Below, piece by piece: positions 61,865 through 64,000 of a DNA stretch of 64,000 bases. Positions within the stretch are counted from its first letter, which is position 1. Each line of letters begins with the position of its first letter. Source of the stretch: Anaeramoeba ignava BMAN. Its lineage: Eukaryota > Protista > Anaeramoebae. Made by a program: the position numbers and the translations under genes. Location: contig JAPDFW010000064.1 of assembly GCA_028826165.1 (NCBI GenBank), positions 434,001 to 498,000 of the forward strand. Reading direction: 5' to 3'. Under the pieces are notes generated by a model that worked only from the letters and a program-made list of their open reading frames with translations, did not search any database and was not told the DNA's origin.

Positions 61865-62455
61865 TTATTTTTTTTTAATAAGAAAAGAAAAGAAAAAAAT
61901 GAAAAAAATTAAAACAAGAAAAAAAATTAAAACAATTTAAAATAATTAATTCCACTTTTTTTTAAATATATTTTATTAATAAATATTTTATTAAATTTAA
62001 TTATAAGTATTTATATTTTTATTTAAAATATTTTATTCCACTTTTTTTTGATTATATTTTATTAATAATTATTTTATTAAATTTAATTATAAATATTTAT
62101 ATTTTAATTTAAAATATTTTATTCCACTTTTTTTAAATATATTTTATTAATAATTATTTTATTAAATTTAATTATAAATATTTATATTTTAATTTAAAAT
62201 ATTTTATTACATTAATTATTTTATTAAATTTAATTATAAATATTTATATTTTAATTATAAATATTTTTAAAATTAAATTTTAAAAATGAAAATAAATTAA
62301 ATAATAAATCAAAATTAATTAAAAAATTAAATAAAAAATTAATTAAAAAAATTAAATAAAAAAATAATAAAAAAAAAATTAAAAATAATATTTATAAACC
62401 TAAAATTTTTTGTTTTAAAAAATAAGAAAAAAAGAAAAATATTTAAATTAAAAAA

Positions 62456-62528
62456 GGTCGTTTAGCTCAGTCGGTAGAGCGCTGTGCTAATAACGCAGAT
62501 GTCACTGGTTCGAACCCAGTATCGACCA
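62456..62528 (+). tRNA. trnI-AAT: tRNA-Ile (AAT/IAU)
   Basis: 73-nt cloverleaf: acceptor GGTCGTT/ATCGACC, D arm GCTC..GAGC, anticodon arm CTGTG-CTAATAA-CGCAG, T arm ACTGG-TTCGAAC-CCAGT. No encoded CCA. Confidence 0.96.
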
Positions 62529-62550
62529 TTTATTTTTTTTATTTTTTTTT
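62529..62550 (+). terminator. RNA polymerase III oligo-T terminator
   Basis: T runs immediately after the discriminator base. Confidence 0.7.
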
Positions 62551-64000
62551 TATACTTTTTTTTTAAATTAAATTTAATTAACATTTATTAATAATTATTT
62601 TATTAATTTTAATTATAAATATTTATATTTTTATTTAAAATATTTTATTCCACTTTTTTTGATTATTTTTATTAATAAATATTTTATTTAATTTAATTAT
62701 AAATATTTATATTTTTATTTAAAATATTTTATTCCACTTTTTTTAAATATATTTTATTAATAATTATTTTATTAAATTTAATTATAAATATTTATATTTT
62801 TATTTAAAATATTTTATTCCACTTTTTTTAAATATATTTTATTAATAATAAATACATTAAATTTAATTATAAATAATTATATATTTTATTCCACTTTTTA
62901 AATATATTTTTATTAATAATTATTTTATTAAATTTAATTATAAATATTTATATTTTAATTTAAATTATTTTATTCCACTTTTTATTATATTTTATTAATA
63001 ATTATTTTTATTTAATTTAATTATAAATATTTATATTTTTATTTAAATTATTTTATTCCACTTTTTTTAAATATATTTTATTAATAATTATTTTATTAAA
63101 TTTAATTATAAATATTTATATTTTAATTTTAAAATATTTTATTCCACTTTTTGATTATATTTTATTAATAATTATTTTATTAAATATATAATTATAAATA
63201 ATTATATTTTTATTTAAAATATTTTATTCCACTTTTTTAAATATATTTTATTAATAATTATTTTTATTAAATTTAATTATAAATATTTATATTTTAATTT
63301 TAAAATATTTTATTCCACTTTTTAAATATATTTTATTTAATAATTTTTTTTAAATATAATTATAAATATTTATATTTTAATTTAAAATATTTTATTCCAC
63401 TTTTTAAATATATTTTATTAATAATTATTTTTTAATTTTAATTATAAATATTTATATTTTAATTTAAAATATTTTATTCCACTTTTTAAATATATTTTAT
63501 TAATAAATATTTTATTAAATTTAATTATAAAATAATTATATTTTAATTTTAAATTATTTTATTCCACTTTTTAAATATATTTTTATTAATAATTATTTTA
63601 TTAAATTTTAATTATAAATATTTATATTTTTATTTAAAATATTTTATTCCACTTTTTTTAAATATATTTTATTAATAATTATTTTATTAAATTTAATTAT
63701 AAATATTTATATTTTTAATTTAAAATATTTTATTCCACTTTTTAAATATATTTTATTAATAATTATTTTATTAAATTTAATTATAAATATTTATATTTTT
63801 ATTTAAAATATTTAATTCCACTTTTTTTAAATATATTTTATTAATAATTATTTTATTAAATTTAATTATAAATATTTATATTTTAATTTAAAATATTTTA
63901 TTCCACTTTTTAATTATTTTATTAATAAATATTTTTTAATTTTAATTTAAATATTTATATTTTTAATTTAAAATATTTTATTCCACTTTTTAAATATATT

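Larger units (their letters stand above)
61945..64000. repeat. ~85-bp AT-rich tandem array with a conserved TTCCACTTTTT core, interrupted by the tRNA gene
   Basis: TCCAC at 61951, 62037 and 62123, then 17 copies from 62649 to 63982 (spacing mostly 82-86). It runs off the end of the window. Confidence 0.92.

Noticed and set aside
1-64000. Alternative genetic code, inteins or transposons
   Set aside because: TAA, TAG and TGA all end genes at homologous C-termini. No Hint/LAGLIDADG, transposase or reverse transcriptase motifs were recognised by eye.

Overview
Very AT-rich eukaryotic (protist) genomic DNA. It uses the standard genetic code and GT-AG spliceosomal introns, many of them swollen by intron-specific simple repeats. 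I reconstructed 14 protein-coding genes by hand. In order: the last exon of a Rab GTPase; an Sds3-like gene and a HAS1/DDX18 helicase that share a 94-bp divergent promoter; an AMPK/MARK-type kinase; RPP40; a 7-blade FG-GAP surface protein with a very long Ser/Pro stalk; an ADP-ribosylglycohydrolase; a small 4-exon gene (mostly missed by the ORF track) joining three beta-thymosin/WH2-like repeats to an EF-hand pair; a 3096-aa BEACH/WD40 protein; a ferlin; a Sin3-like co-repressor; two hypothetical genes; and a ~4400-aa RNF213/mysterin-like giant. The giant's catalytic residues look substituted, and it is broken by three single-base frameshifts. A tRNA-Ile(AAT) gene sits inside an ~85-bp tandem array, and an ~146-bp almost pure-AT satellite fills one divergent intergenic region. 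All 13 genes whose 5' end is visible have a T-rich TCATTTTT initiator-like motif upstream of the ATG. The style and gene content suggest an Anaeramoeba-like metamonad, but this is an unverified inference. Scattered homopolymer indels and one garbled repeat suggest residual long-read consensus errors. All family assignments come from motif recognition by eye; no database search was run.
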